64,000 bases of DNA from Callorhinchus milii (lineage: Eukaryota), in assembly GCF_018977255.1 (NCBI RefSeq), contig NW_024704743.1, positions 36,148,001 to 36,212,000 of the forward strand. Reading direction: 5' to 3'. Position numbers and translations under genes: made by a program. The notes beneath the pieces are model-generated. The model was given only the letters and a program-made list of their open reading frames with translations. It searched no databases and was not told the origin of the DNA. Positions 51,606-62,425 of the stretch are shown here, in pieces (positions within the stretch are counted from its first letter, which is position 1; the number at the start of each line of letters is the position of its first letter).

Positions 51606-54387
51606 ACATGGGAAGATTTCCTCAAAAGTCAGTTAGAGACTGCTTCTTGTGCATTTCCATGCTCTTAGCTCGTGTGCCAGCATATCTACCTGTTAAATTT
51701 GCCACAGTAAGGAGCCTGACCCCGAGTAGAATTCTTATTCATAGCTAGACTACAGTTCTTTGAGTCCAAATTTCTTTCTTTATTAAATCCATCTTGAGGT
51801 GTTGGGTGGAGAGGGGAAATAGGAGATTATGAATATTTTAGAGAGCGCTAGATAAGGTCTAAAGGGATAAAATAGCTACTTGGCTGAAAAATCTTCTGAA
51901 GACGTGTGCTCTGCTTTCCCATACTTGCTGATCAAATGAACTTGCGAGTGAGTGCAAGCATTGCAGAGCCGGAGACAGAAATAAAAATACCATTACAGGA
52001 GGCCTGGAGGAACAAAGTACAAAAAAAAGAGAAGCTCGTGGAGTCAATCACCAATGCTAGGAGGCTTTTCAGTACAAGGGCAAAATGATGATGGAAGAAA
52101 TGGATGTAGATAGTTTTCAGATACTTATCAAAGGTGACGTGCCTATGGGCCTTAGCCATTCATTAATATACGCTGCAGTGCGGGTTGTTGCCCTTTTACA
52201 GTTTATGCTGGATACAAGACAAGCTCATCACATCTGCTAGTGGGAACAGCCGCGTACACTTGCAAATAATGATGTAGAAAGGAGTTTGTGATTGTTTTAC
52301 TAATTAACAGTGAGCAGAATAGATTGAGGAAGAATCTCTTCCCAGGAATACAAATCGGTTAATTTCACGCTGAAAGTGTTGAGAGGACTCCGGTGGTTCT
52401 GACATTATTTTCATTACTGGCCCTCCAGCGTAAATCCTTAAAACACTGGAAGCTCTGCTTGAATGATCAAAATCGTTAAGGTAAGATTGTGCTGCATACT
52501 TTGTGTGCTGTTACAATAAATGAGGATCAGTGTGCTGCTATGGCTTTGTTCAAACGATAGAAACACCCTCAGCATTGATTTGTTTGTGTAGAAAACAGGA
52601 GGTTTGCTTCTTGCTAAGATTCATAGGCAGTTAAAATCAGGAGACGGTGAAGCAAACCTGCAGTGATCCACTGTATGTAAAAAGCATTTTAAAGAATTAG
52701 CAGTTCAAGTACATGGTGGACATTCCACGCATCTCCTGATTCAAACACTGACATCTGTGAACTACAGTTGTTCAATAAATTCAGTGAAACATGCTGTTGT
52801 CAATATAGATATAGATCTTTCTTTTAAGCAAATACAGTATATGCAGCAACCTCTGGGCTGCTATTAATAGAGTATCCAGTGATGAAGCGTACAAAACCCA
52901 CTCACAACTTTGAGAGATTTAATGTTAATGTTAATGTTAAAGGATTAAATCACTTTGTTTGTCAAAGCAAAAAATGTATTGACAAGTGCATGGAGAAAAG
53001 TGTATGCAGGATTCATAGGGTCTAAAAGAGAGAAAAAAAAATGACCTCAATATTTTAAAGCCGATTATTTTATCTGTTATTTCCAGTCAAACACATTTAA
53101 TGGAGCCCTGTGAATGCTCTTCGGATTCTTTTTATGAGACAGAAAGCCGAGAAGGTTTTTTCTGATCAAAATGCTTTCTTTCAGTAATGGATAGTCTTTG
53201 GAAAAAATGTCAAATGAGTCTTCCGTCAATGTAGCATTTTTTAATATAACCACTTTAGATGTCAGCCTGGCTCAGTTTGTAACAATCTCGCCTCAGAGGC
53301 AGAAGCTCGTTGATTCAAGCTCCACGTTGGTAGGTTATTAGTCTAGTTTAGTGCTGAATGAGTGCTGGTTGTTGGAGGTGTCAACTTTCAGATGAGACGT
53401 TAAACCAAGGTCCTGTCTACCTGCTAAGATTGATGTTGCGGATGTTGAAAGTGAAATGTCTTTCTCCTTGTGTCCTGGCCAGCAATCCTTCAGATTAGTT
53501 GGTCACTCATGTCATAACTATTTGTGGGATTTTGCTCAACAAATAGCTGCTACTTTTCCCCTCCAAATATGTTTGTGTCAACCTGGCTCAGTTGCTAGTA
53601 GCCTTGCCTGTGAGTCAGAATGTTGTGGGTTCAAGCCTTAGACTCATAAATCTACTACATACACCTCTTTTCCCCATGCACTTGTCAATACATTCAATGC
53701 AGTCCTGGGAGTGTTCTGCATTGTTTGAGGTACCATCCTTCAGATGAGATGTTAAACAACGTTAGAAGTTCAAAGACACTACACTTCATGAAGGGCACTG
53801 TATAAGTACAAATTGTTGTTTTAAATCAAGGTCCTCTCTTCCCATTCAAGTGGAAGTTAAAGATCTCAAGGCATATTTGAAAAGAAAAGGGAGTTTCTCC
53901 CATGCTCCTGGCCAACAGTCCTCCAAATCACTCACTTCATAGCTGTTTGTTGGACATTGCTATGTGTAGAATTGCCTACCGTATTCACCTACAAAAATTC
54001 TGTCACTACGCTTTATAGTAAATCCTATGAAACAGTTTGAGATGCCCTCCTGACGTGAAACATGTTATATTCAATGCATGGATAATTATTATTGTTTGAC
54101 AGTATGTAATTGTGAAACACTATGAGACTTTCCCATACGAGAAAGGGTTATAAAATGCAAGTTCAAGGCAGCAAAGCAGGGTTCTTGCTCCTGGTCACTC
54201 TACAGTACCCTCTACTGGTTGTGTGTGTTCTGAGGTTCATTCCCTGGCCTGTCATTGGTATACAGTGGAGCCTTGTTACAATTCAGTGGGCCTATCAAAT
54301 CTCAACCTGTATCAAGGTGTGACAGTGACAATTATACGCAAAGCAAGTAGCGATGTTGGCAGTGATCTGATTAATTGCAATTAATTG

Positions 54388-54656
54388 GCGAAACCTTGGG
54401 CAAATTTCCTTCTACATACACCTCTGTTTACCTAGCAGTGAGTAGGAACCTGGTTGTTAGTTGATTGGCGGATCGCTTTCCGCGGGTAATCATCCCTCAA
54501 AAAAATGTAGTCACTCAATCCACAACAGTTTGTGGGACACTCCTGCGAGCAATTGGCTGCCACTTTTTGCCCACAAAATACACAGTCACTCCACTTTACA
54601 ATATATTCTGTGTTTTGAGACGTCTCAACGACGTATCAAATGCAAAGATTATTATT
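54388..54656 (+). mobile_element. 5'-truncated tRNA SINE, long subtype; many more tail-only copies at ~960, 6500, 14450, 16100-16740, 19925-20490, 21350, 23890, 34915, 39500, 48980, 57045, 58225 and 63590
   Basis: Recurrent aaatatacagtcaattcactttacagt...gtgaagcgctttgagacgtc...tatatcaaatgcaaggattatt motif. Confidence 0.85.
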
Positions 54657-54867
54657 AGTACTATATTGGTGGTGTGTTGGTATAGCGTATTGGTACCTAA
54701 TGATCCAGAAGTCAGGAGTTTGAGCATGAAATGTTAATTTGCGTGTAAAAAGCAAGCAGGCTGGCTACCCATTTGCACATTGAATGGGATCCACATGGCA
54801 ACCACATTCTAATCAAAATTGTGCTACAAAGAAGTGTGTCACAATTGGGCTGCGTGTTTGATCTTCT

Positions 54868-55537
54868 CTAGGGCTGAACTGGCTCAGAGAAGACGTGCTT
54901 TGCAAAAAAACAGACAGGTCCACAGTAATCCAAGGCCGTTTTGATGGTTGACCAGCCTGTCTGTCTCATCAATTAGATTTTTTTGTGTAGATGTATCCTA
55001 AAAGCCTTGGGACCTTCTGAGCTAGTTCAGTTCTGTACAGTGTGGGTTCTATTATCAGACTCTGTCACTGTGAAGCGCTCGGGAAGCTACCCAGAGTGAA
55101 GGGCGCTATAGAAATGCAAGTTGTTGTTGTTGGCTCTCCAGTAGGAGCACTGCAACTGCTTTCAGTGCTGCCTGGCTAGGGAAGGGGCCATCCAGTCACA
55201 AAACTCTCTTTCAATCTTGTGATATTTAGCTAGATAAAGAAATACTTTTACAGGGATTCATTTGGCTTCTAGTTGGTCTCTAATGAAACAAATTAATTTT
55301 TGTTGCTATTCTTCTGTGAAGAAGGGGAGGATGAACAGAGGATAATCCCCCTAGGGCTGAACTGGCTCAGAGAAGACGTGCTTTGTGAAAAACAGGCAGG
55401 TCCACAGTAATCCAAGGCAGTTTTGATGGTTGACCAGTCTGTCTGTCTCATCAATTATACTTTTTTGTGTAGATGTATCCTTAAAGCCCTGGGGCGTTCT
55501 GAGGTAGTTCAGTTCTGTACAGTGTGGATACTATTAT
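54868..55537. repeat. Two direct copies (54868-55055, 55351-55537) of a self-complementary ~190-bp element
   Basis: The copies align end to end, and each is bounded by an imperfect inverted repeat. Confidence 0.92.
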
Positions 55538-55910
55538 TAAGCTTGAATGGTATGGTATATACAGTTGAATAAAAATGAAATCAAATAAAGCAGGTTAATC
55601 ATGGGACATACCTCGGATCAATCCAATATGCTTGGATCAAATTTGTGTGTTGGGTTAACCACTTGTGCTGAATTTGCGGGTTGGGTAAATCAAATGCAGA
55701 TGTGCAGAGGACATTAAAGGTGTTTGTGATTATGTGCCATTCATTTATTGTTAATTATATTATTCGATGGAGCTGTATAGTTTGCACATGGTAACCCAAC
55801 CCACGAATAGACCCTAATGTGCAGAAAGCAATCTAATTTAGTTCAACAGGCTTCATCCCAAATACAGCTGAACAAGGCAATTTGATTCAAATAAATAAAT
55901 ATGTTCGCAA

Positions 55911-57045
55911 ACAACATGTGATTGTGAATTGACAATGATTTCAGTTGACCTTTTTGTTTGGAGTGTGGGTTAACAGTTATTAAGCATCTTTTGTCTGTTC
56001 AGCTTGGACACAGGCCAAAATAAAATGAAATTTGAAAAAAAAACAATTGGACCTGTTATCTAAAGTGTTAAAATAATTTTACAGATCAAGTTAATGACAC
56101 TTGCCAAGAAAGGATATGTGCACACCGAGGTTAACTGGTCAGAACATTTGAGGTTGCATAAATTACTGCTGAGTCAAATGAAAGTGTCTGCTGAAGCCAC
56201 CCCTGTGCCATATCACAACTCAGATCCAGTCATTGACTCGTTGACAGAATTAGCTGTCTGCCAAGGCTCAAATGATTTTCACAAGTCAGAATACCAGCCT
56301 AGTCAGAATGGCGCTTGACCATATGTGTAAAGGCTGCAGATTGGTAAGACTCCAAGCCAAGAGAATGATTCATTAATTTACCACTTATCCTGATGCTATT
56401 CACTGCTCTGTCTCTAAAATGTTCAGGAGTGTGATTTGAAGAATACTGCAAATTGCATCACTGGGGATTAACATGCTGATCACTAACTCCTGCAAACACT
56501 TCTTTCCACTCTTATAATGGGAAACGTAGAACAGGAAGTTCGTTAGAAAACAGCCTATGTTAATCCCAATTATTTCAACCCAGTTGAATATTTCTTTCAT
56601 GTCTTTTCATATTGAGAACCAGTGGACAACATGTGATTGTGAATTGACAATGATTTCAGTTGACCTTTTGTTTGGAACTAAGTGTGGATAGCAGTGGAGT
56701 CCTGTAGCTCAGTGGTTAGAGCACTCGCTTTGCAAGCGAGAGACCTGAGTTCATTTCCAGGCGGGGCGAAACCTTGGGCAAGTTTCCTTACTCCACACGC
56801 CTGATAATAATCCCTCCAAAACCAAAAACAATAATAAAAATTGGTCATTTTCAATCTACGACTGTTTGTGGGACATTGCTGTGCGCAATTGGCTGCCGCG
56901 TTCGCCCACAAATATGCAGTCAATTCACTTTACAGTGTGTTCTGTGAAGCACTTTGGGACGTCTTCCCGACGTGAAAAACGCTATATCAAATGCAAGGAT
57001 TATTATAATAGTCATGAGGCATCGTTCATCTGTTCAGCTTGGACA
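55911..57045. repeat. ~100-bp local duplication (55911-56010; second copy 56626-56693 plus 57010-57045)
   Basis: acaacatgtgattgtgaattgacaatgatttcagttgacctttt and tctgttcagcttggaca are each present twice. Confidence 0.88.
56694..57009 (+). mobile_element. Full-length young tRNA-Ala SINE
   Basis: Near-identical to the 51130 copy. Confidence 0.93.
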
Positions 57046-58459
57046 TGTCTCAAAGCGTTTCACAGAATATACTGTGAAGTGATTTGATTGTATATTTTGT
57101 GTGCGAAACGTAGCAGCCAATTGCATATGCAATACAAAATTACATTTGTAAACTGCCTTTCACATTGGGAGGACGTCCGATGGAACTAAAAAGTGTCCCA
57201 CAAACAGTCGTGGATTGAGTAACTTGTGAGTAAATATTTTTTAAAGGGATTTTCTTTTGAAGGGATGGATTGTGAATTGGCAATTTAATGTAAAAGTCGA
57301 CTTTGGCAATGGAGGGATATCCTGAAATACAACCTTATAGTTGAGCAGTGGTGTCCTGAGCCTAATCTGTCATTTCAAGTTGACTGTGAATACATGGTTC
57401 CAATTGTCAGTAGTGATATTCTGGAGAAGCTGAATCAGTGACGAAAGATAATGCATTAGGGATCCCAGAGTCCATGTTTGCTACTGGAATTGAACCAACA
57501 GTGCAAATTACTGGTTTGAAGGCACCACTTGTTTCCCTTGGACAACCTGTTGAATCATTGGTTTGCAGGGCTATTGGGAGTGGGAAGCATCACAGCACCC
57601 AGTGACATGCCTGTCCCACGAAATCTAAATCATGAATTAGGTCCATAGTGGTACTCCCAGACTACTTTCATGGTGTTAATAAATGATCCTCAAAAGTGAA
57701 AATCGTCTCATTGCTCCCGCTTGAGTATGCCACTGTGGGGATAATTTGATTTAAATTAAAATAAATTAACTTGTGGTTGTTTTGATGTGGATTATTGTGA
57801 AGCCTTTGTGTTCAACCTGCTGAGCATCTGTCCCAAAGTCTCATGCTTTCACAAGTAAGTTGCAAAGCTGCTTTGAAAATATAGCTTAGCTCTAGAGAGA
57901 TGTAAAAAAGAGAAATACATTGTCAATGTATGCAAAGGAAGTAAAGTTGTGTTTGTTGCTTCAATTCCATAGAGCAACCTGTTGCAGGCTCATAGTCTGG
58001 GCCAATAGAAAGTGTGGCCACAATTCTCCCTCCACTACAAACACCCATTCCCAGATTTATAGATTTAGTAGATTTAGTAGATGTATAAAGAGGCATAGCA
58101 AAAGGACAGGGCTTAAAAGAAGATCTACCTAAAGCTAAACTGGTGGAAAAGGCTCAGTGGTTGAATAGTCTCAACCTGCTCCAGTTTTCCTCTGTTCCTA
58201 ATGATGTTTTTACATTCCACCTTTAATAATAATAATCCTTGCATTTGATAGAGGGCTTTTCACATCTTCTAGACGGTTCAAAGCGCTTCACAGAATATTC
58301 AGAATTGACTGATATTTGTGGGGAAACAAATATACCTTTGGAGGCAAATCTTAAACGTGTCATTTGTCCCAGTGCCAAATTTTCTCAAGTCCTGCTGGGT
58401 TTCTGATCTCCCCTTGCATTCGCACACAGGAGCTACAAAACCATGATAAAATGTGAGCT

Positions 58460-58961
58460 CCAGAGTGTACTCTCACACACCAGGCTTCGTGACCCCATCA
58501 GTCCCACCCTCGCCCAACTCCACAGATTCCCCATCCCCCAAGGATCGAGTTCAAGACCCTTGTCCTCACCTTTAAGGCCATCCATGGTCTTGCCCCCTCC
58601 TACCTCTCTGACCTGCTGACTCCCTACGAGCCTGCCCACTCCCTCCGTTCACCGGGCTCCGGCCTGCTGCATGTCTCCCACCCTACCATTGGTGGCCGGG
58701 CTTTCAGCCTCTCTGCCCCCACACTCTGGAACTCCATCCCACGGTCCCTTCGCCTCACTTCCTCCCTTGCCTCCTTCAAAGCCAGTCTCAAGACCTTTCT
58801 CTTCGACCGTGCCTTTGGTCTCCCTCCCACCTCTCTGCCTTCCCTCACCCCTACACCACCCCTCCCCCATGCTCGGCTCCGACACCTGACTGTTCAGCGC
58901 TTTGGGACGTCCTCCCGACGTGAAAGGCACTCTATAAGTGTAATTTTGTTGTTGTTGTTGT
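58460..58961 (+). mobile_element. Relatively young L2 3' fragment
   Basis: ccatccatggtcttgccccctcctacc...ctctggaactcc...gcgctttgggacgtcctcccgacgtgaaaggcac...(TTG)n. Confidence 0.93.
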
Positions 58962-61900
58962 CAGACCCAGTGACATTCCACACATAGGACACACATTAGA
59001 ATTGTATATGTGTGATGTCTTCCACCCAAAGAATGCTGAAGGAATTACATAAAAAATAAGAACATGGTACTTGATATTTGGGCTCAACAGCCAGCCTCCA
59101 CCACCATTATTTGGGTAGCAGAAATCAAAAAAATAGTCCAGAAGTGGTAACGCCCCAGTGAAGTTCCTATTTTAGTGCCTGCACAGAATATATAGTGTGA
59201 GGAGGATACTCCTGGAGTCTAACCAGCTAAAACCGCATAGCTGGTCATTGATATCACTGTATGCCAAGCTTTCCCGCTGCTTGTCCAACCTGGACCACCC
59301 CACCCTTTAGGGCTTTGGCTTGCAGGGTTAACAGTAGCTAAGTGGGATGACTCCCTGCCCCCAATGACTGGTCTGCCCTTCCAGGTCCTGCCGATGAGCC
59401 AGGCTGGCTGTGCTGTCATCAGCAGTGCCCTGGAATACTGCGGACCTGCCTGGCTCAGGAACTGGACCACCAAGACCACCAGAGGGCCGGCTCGATTCAG
59501 ACGTTCCATTACTACATGTGTCACCTTGGAACCTTCAACTCCAAGGAGGCCCCTTACCTTATGTACAGCTGCAAAACTCCTTGGGAAGTGTCCGTAAAAG
59601 AGATAGATACTTGTGGAATATTTCATTCCCTCCAGCTTAGTGCCATATTTCAAGCCTCCAAAGCTGCAATATCAAAACGGTATTTATTAATGAAGTCTTT
59701 GATCTTTGTTTTTGCTCCAGAATCAACAAAATAAACTTATTCAGATTGTACATGTTATAATTAAAACCCAAACTTTTAATATCATGTTAAATTGAAGTGT
59801 GAACAACACTCAAGAACCATAGGTGCGAACAATCTCAGCAAGCTTCAAACAATTCAAATACATAAACTGGGATTAGCTGCTTACTCACAAATGGTTCCTA
59901 TTTGTGACATATGTCAGAGCACATTTCATGGAGCTTAAACTGAACAAGCTGCCGGCATGGCATTAGTAAAGCATGTTTGTCTCTCTGCCTGCAACAGCAA
60001 AGGGTAGCCAACGCAGGCAAATGCTGCGATTTATTTCATTCAACATCTTGATATTCTCACATTGAAAGCTTTATTATCTACAGCACTCCCACTCCAATTT
60101 TCTGCCCTCACACTGACTCACACTGCAGTGCGAGCCAGTTTCAATGCAACCAATGGCTTTACAAACTGGGTTATCAGGACAGGGTGGCTATTCCTTCTTA
60201 TAAAAGCCTATTATAATAATTGCATTCTTCCCTAAATGTGGTCTCTATGCATTTGTCCCTGGTAGAGAGGGATGGAGGGTTGGTGAGGGAGGGCTTAGAA
60301 CCTGGACAGTGGTGTATGATAGTGGTCCAGGGTCATTCTCCTTTTGGCTTTACCAGGTTCCTATCAAGGTGAAACCTCTGCTTGATGTTTTGCAATAAAG
60401 GCCACCACTGAGATCATTAAAAGAAGCAGCACATTGGCAATGAAATGTCGGAATTGAGCCAGCCCTCGATAGGCTAGTTCCTGAGCCACATGGGTCTGCA
60501 GTACTTCAGGGTACTGCTGATAACTTTAAGCACATCTGGAGACCTTTGTGAAGGGAAAGCACATCCCTCTTTGTAAGGGGAAGGAAGCTAACTTTGAATA
60601 GTGGAGACATGAGGATGGAGAGATTTGGAGCAGTTTGTACTAGTGCTTTTTGGAGATCATGGAGTGTCTATACTGTGCTTTTTCCTCAGGAGATGGAATG
60701 GACGGGGTCAATCGATGATTTGGCAGCTTTCACGTGGTTCTTTGAAAAGAGCAAGACTTGATGAGCCTGATGAGCTGAACATTTAGATATGTTTAAAACT
60801 GCTTTAGTTTGTGAGCTGAGCATTTTTGGAAAGGAGACTGTTGACCAAATAACGACGAATGGGTGGGATGAAAAAGGTTTGATAATATTCTATCAGCCTC
60901 TTCTTCGCTCTCTCCATTCCTGTGTAAACACGAGGCTGCAGTCTTCCCTGACTAATAAATTAATATCAGCCACATGTACCTGGGAGAAACACAACCTGGA
61001 TCGTTTATCCTACATGTAACTGGCAGTGTGACATTGCTGTATGTAGATACAGCTCAGAAAGCAGCTGTACTCTGTACAGGTAACAATACAACACGCAGAT
61101 GATGTGATTTGTGAGCATTTCTGGGAGTGCTGCTGAGTGGACAAGAGAAAAGCTACCTTCAGTATGAAACATAAATAAAATAAGGGCAGCACAGCCGAAA
61201 GATTGGTTTTATAGTGCATATTAGAATAACGGAATTGATGTTTCTAATTGAATTTGGTGACATTGGGCTAAGTGACAGATGAGCCCTAAGACTGCAGTGC
61301 TTGCAGGTTCAGTCTCGCCACTGAAATGCACCAGGGTATTGATCAAAATTCTTGGCTGTTCATTTGTTTTTTTATTTGCAGCGTGAAATAAATAACCAGG
61401 AAAGATCACAGCACAGGGGCTCGAGTCTGATCTATACACGTTGGGAAAAAAAGAAATGAGCAAGATAAAAAATGAGCATCACATTTCTGGAAGATTTCCA
61501 ACCAAAAAAAACCCCTGTGCTTTTTAGGCCCTTCGTTTTCACCTATATTTATTCAGCCAGTTCCTGGATCAGTAAAGGGGAAAATTAGACTTGCCAGAGG
61601 CTGGCCTGTGGGGGATCAGGGGCAGGAGTCATGAGTAATTCATTTGTTTTCCTGCATTGATAGGCTGGTATAATGGCCCGTCAGTTAAAATACAGGAAAC
61701 TAAGCTGGACAAACAGCGGGAAAGCTTACAAAACAGTGCTCTCAATAGCAAGCTATGTGGTTTTAGCTGATTAGGCTCCCGACAGTACCCAAATGTACTC
61801 TCTGGGATCCCCAAGCCTTGGCTCTTGCCAACCTGTGCCTAATACATTCTGGGATTAGGTCAGCAGGATGTGTCCCTCCAGGGAGAGAGGGAGCATTCCA

Positions 61901-62049
61901 TTCCAACAATCTATCTCTGGGATTTCCTTGTGCAGGTGGGAGGCATGGAAATCTCAGCTCGGTTTGGATACTCTTAAGCATGGTGATGGTCTGTACCAAT
62001 AGAAAAGTCCAGCTGCAATTTTTCCAGGTAATCGGCTATAAGCAGTGTC

Positions 62050-62165
62050 CTCTGCTATAAAAGCGTTTCTGGCCCCGGGCTGTTTACCTGATGTCACTGT
62101 GGGTGGAGCGAATTCGGACATACACGCGCGGTGCGGCGAAAGTGGGAAATGGGCTTCACTCCACT
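62050..62165. promoter_or_regulatory. Candidate intronic promoter or enhancer
   Basis: TATAAAAG at 62056, forkhead-type TGTTTAC, CRE-like TGATGTCA, and 9 CpGs within 62064-62138 in a CpG-poor window. Confidence 0.35.
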
Positions 62166-62184
62166 CAGAGGGGTTTCTGTTGAG

Positions 62185-62425
62185 GTCTGTGTATCTCTGT
62201 CACTCTATGTGTTTGTGAGTGTGTCTGTGTATGTCTATTTATCTCCCCGTTCTCTGTATGTATGTATTTGTGAGTGTGTCTCTTCTATATGTGTGTGTGT
62301 TATTAAGTGTCTCTGTGTGAATGTGTGTCTCTCTCCTCGTCTGTGTGTGTGTGTGTGTGTATGTCTCTTTGTGTCTGAGCATGTATGTGTCTCTCTCTCT
62401 CTGGGTCTCTGTGGTCTGTGCATGG
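62185..62425. repeat. (TG)n/(TC)n compound low-complexity tract
   Basis: Seen directly in the sequence. Confidence 0.9.

Noticed and set aside
59219..59653. GC-richer block with a 144-aa ORF and a weak LGTFN motif (RTE-like 5' end?)
   Set aside because: Too degenerate to assign, and no host-protein similarity recognised.
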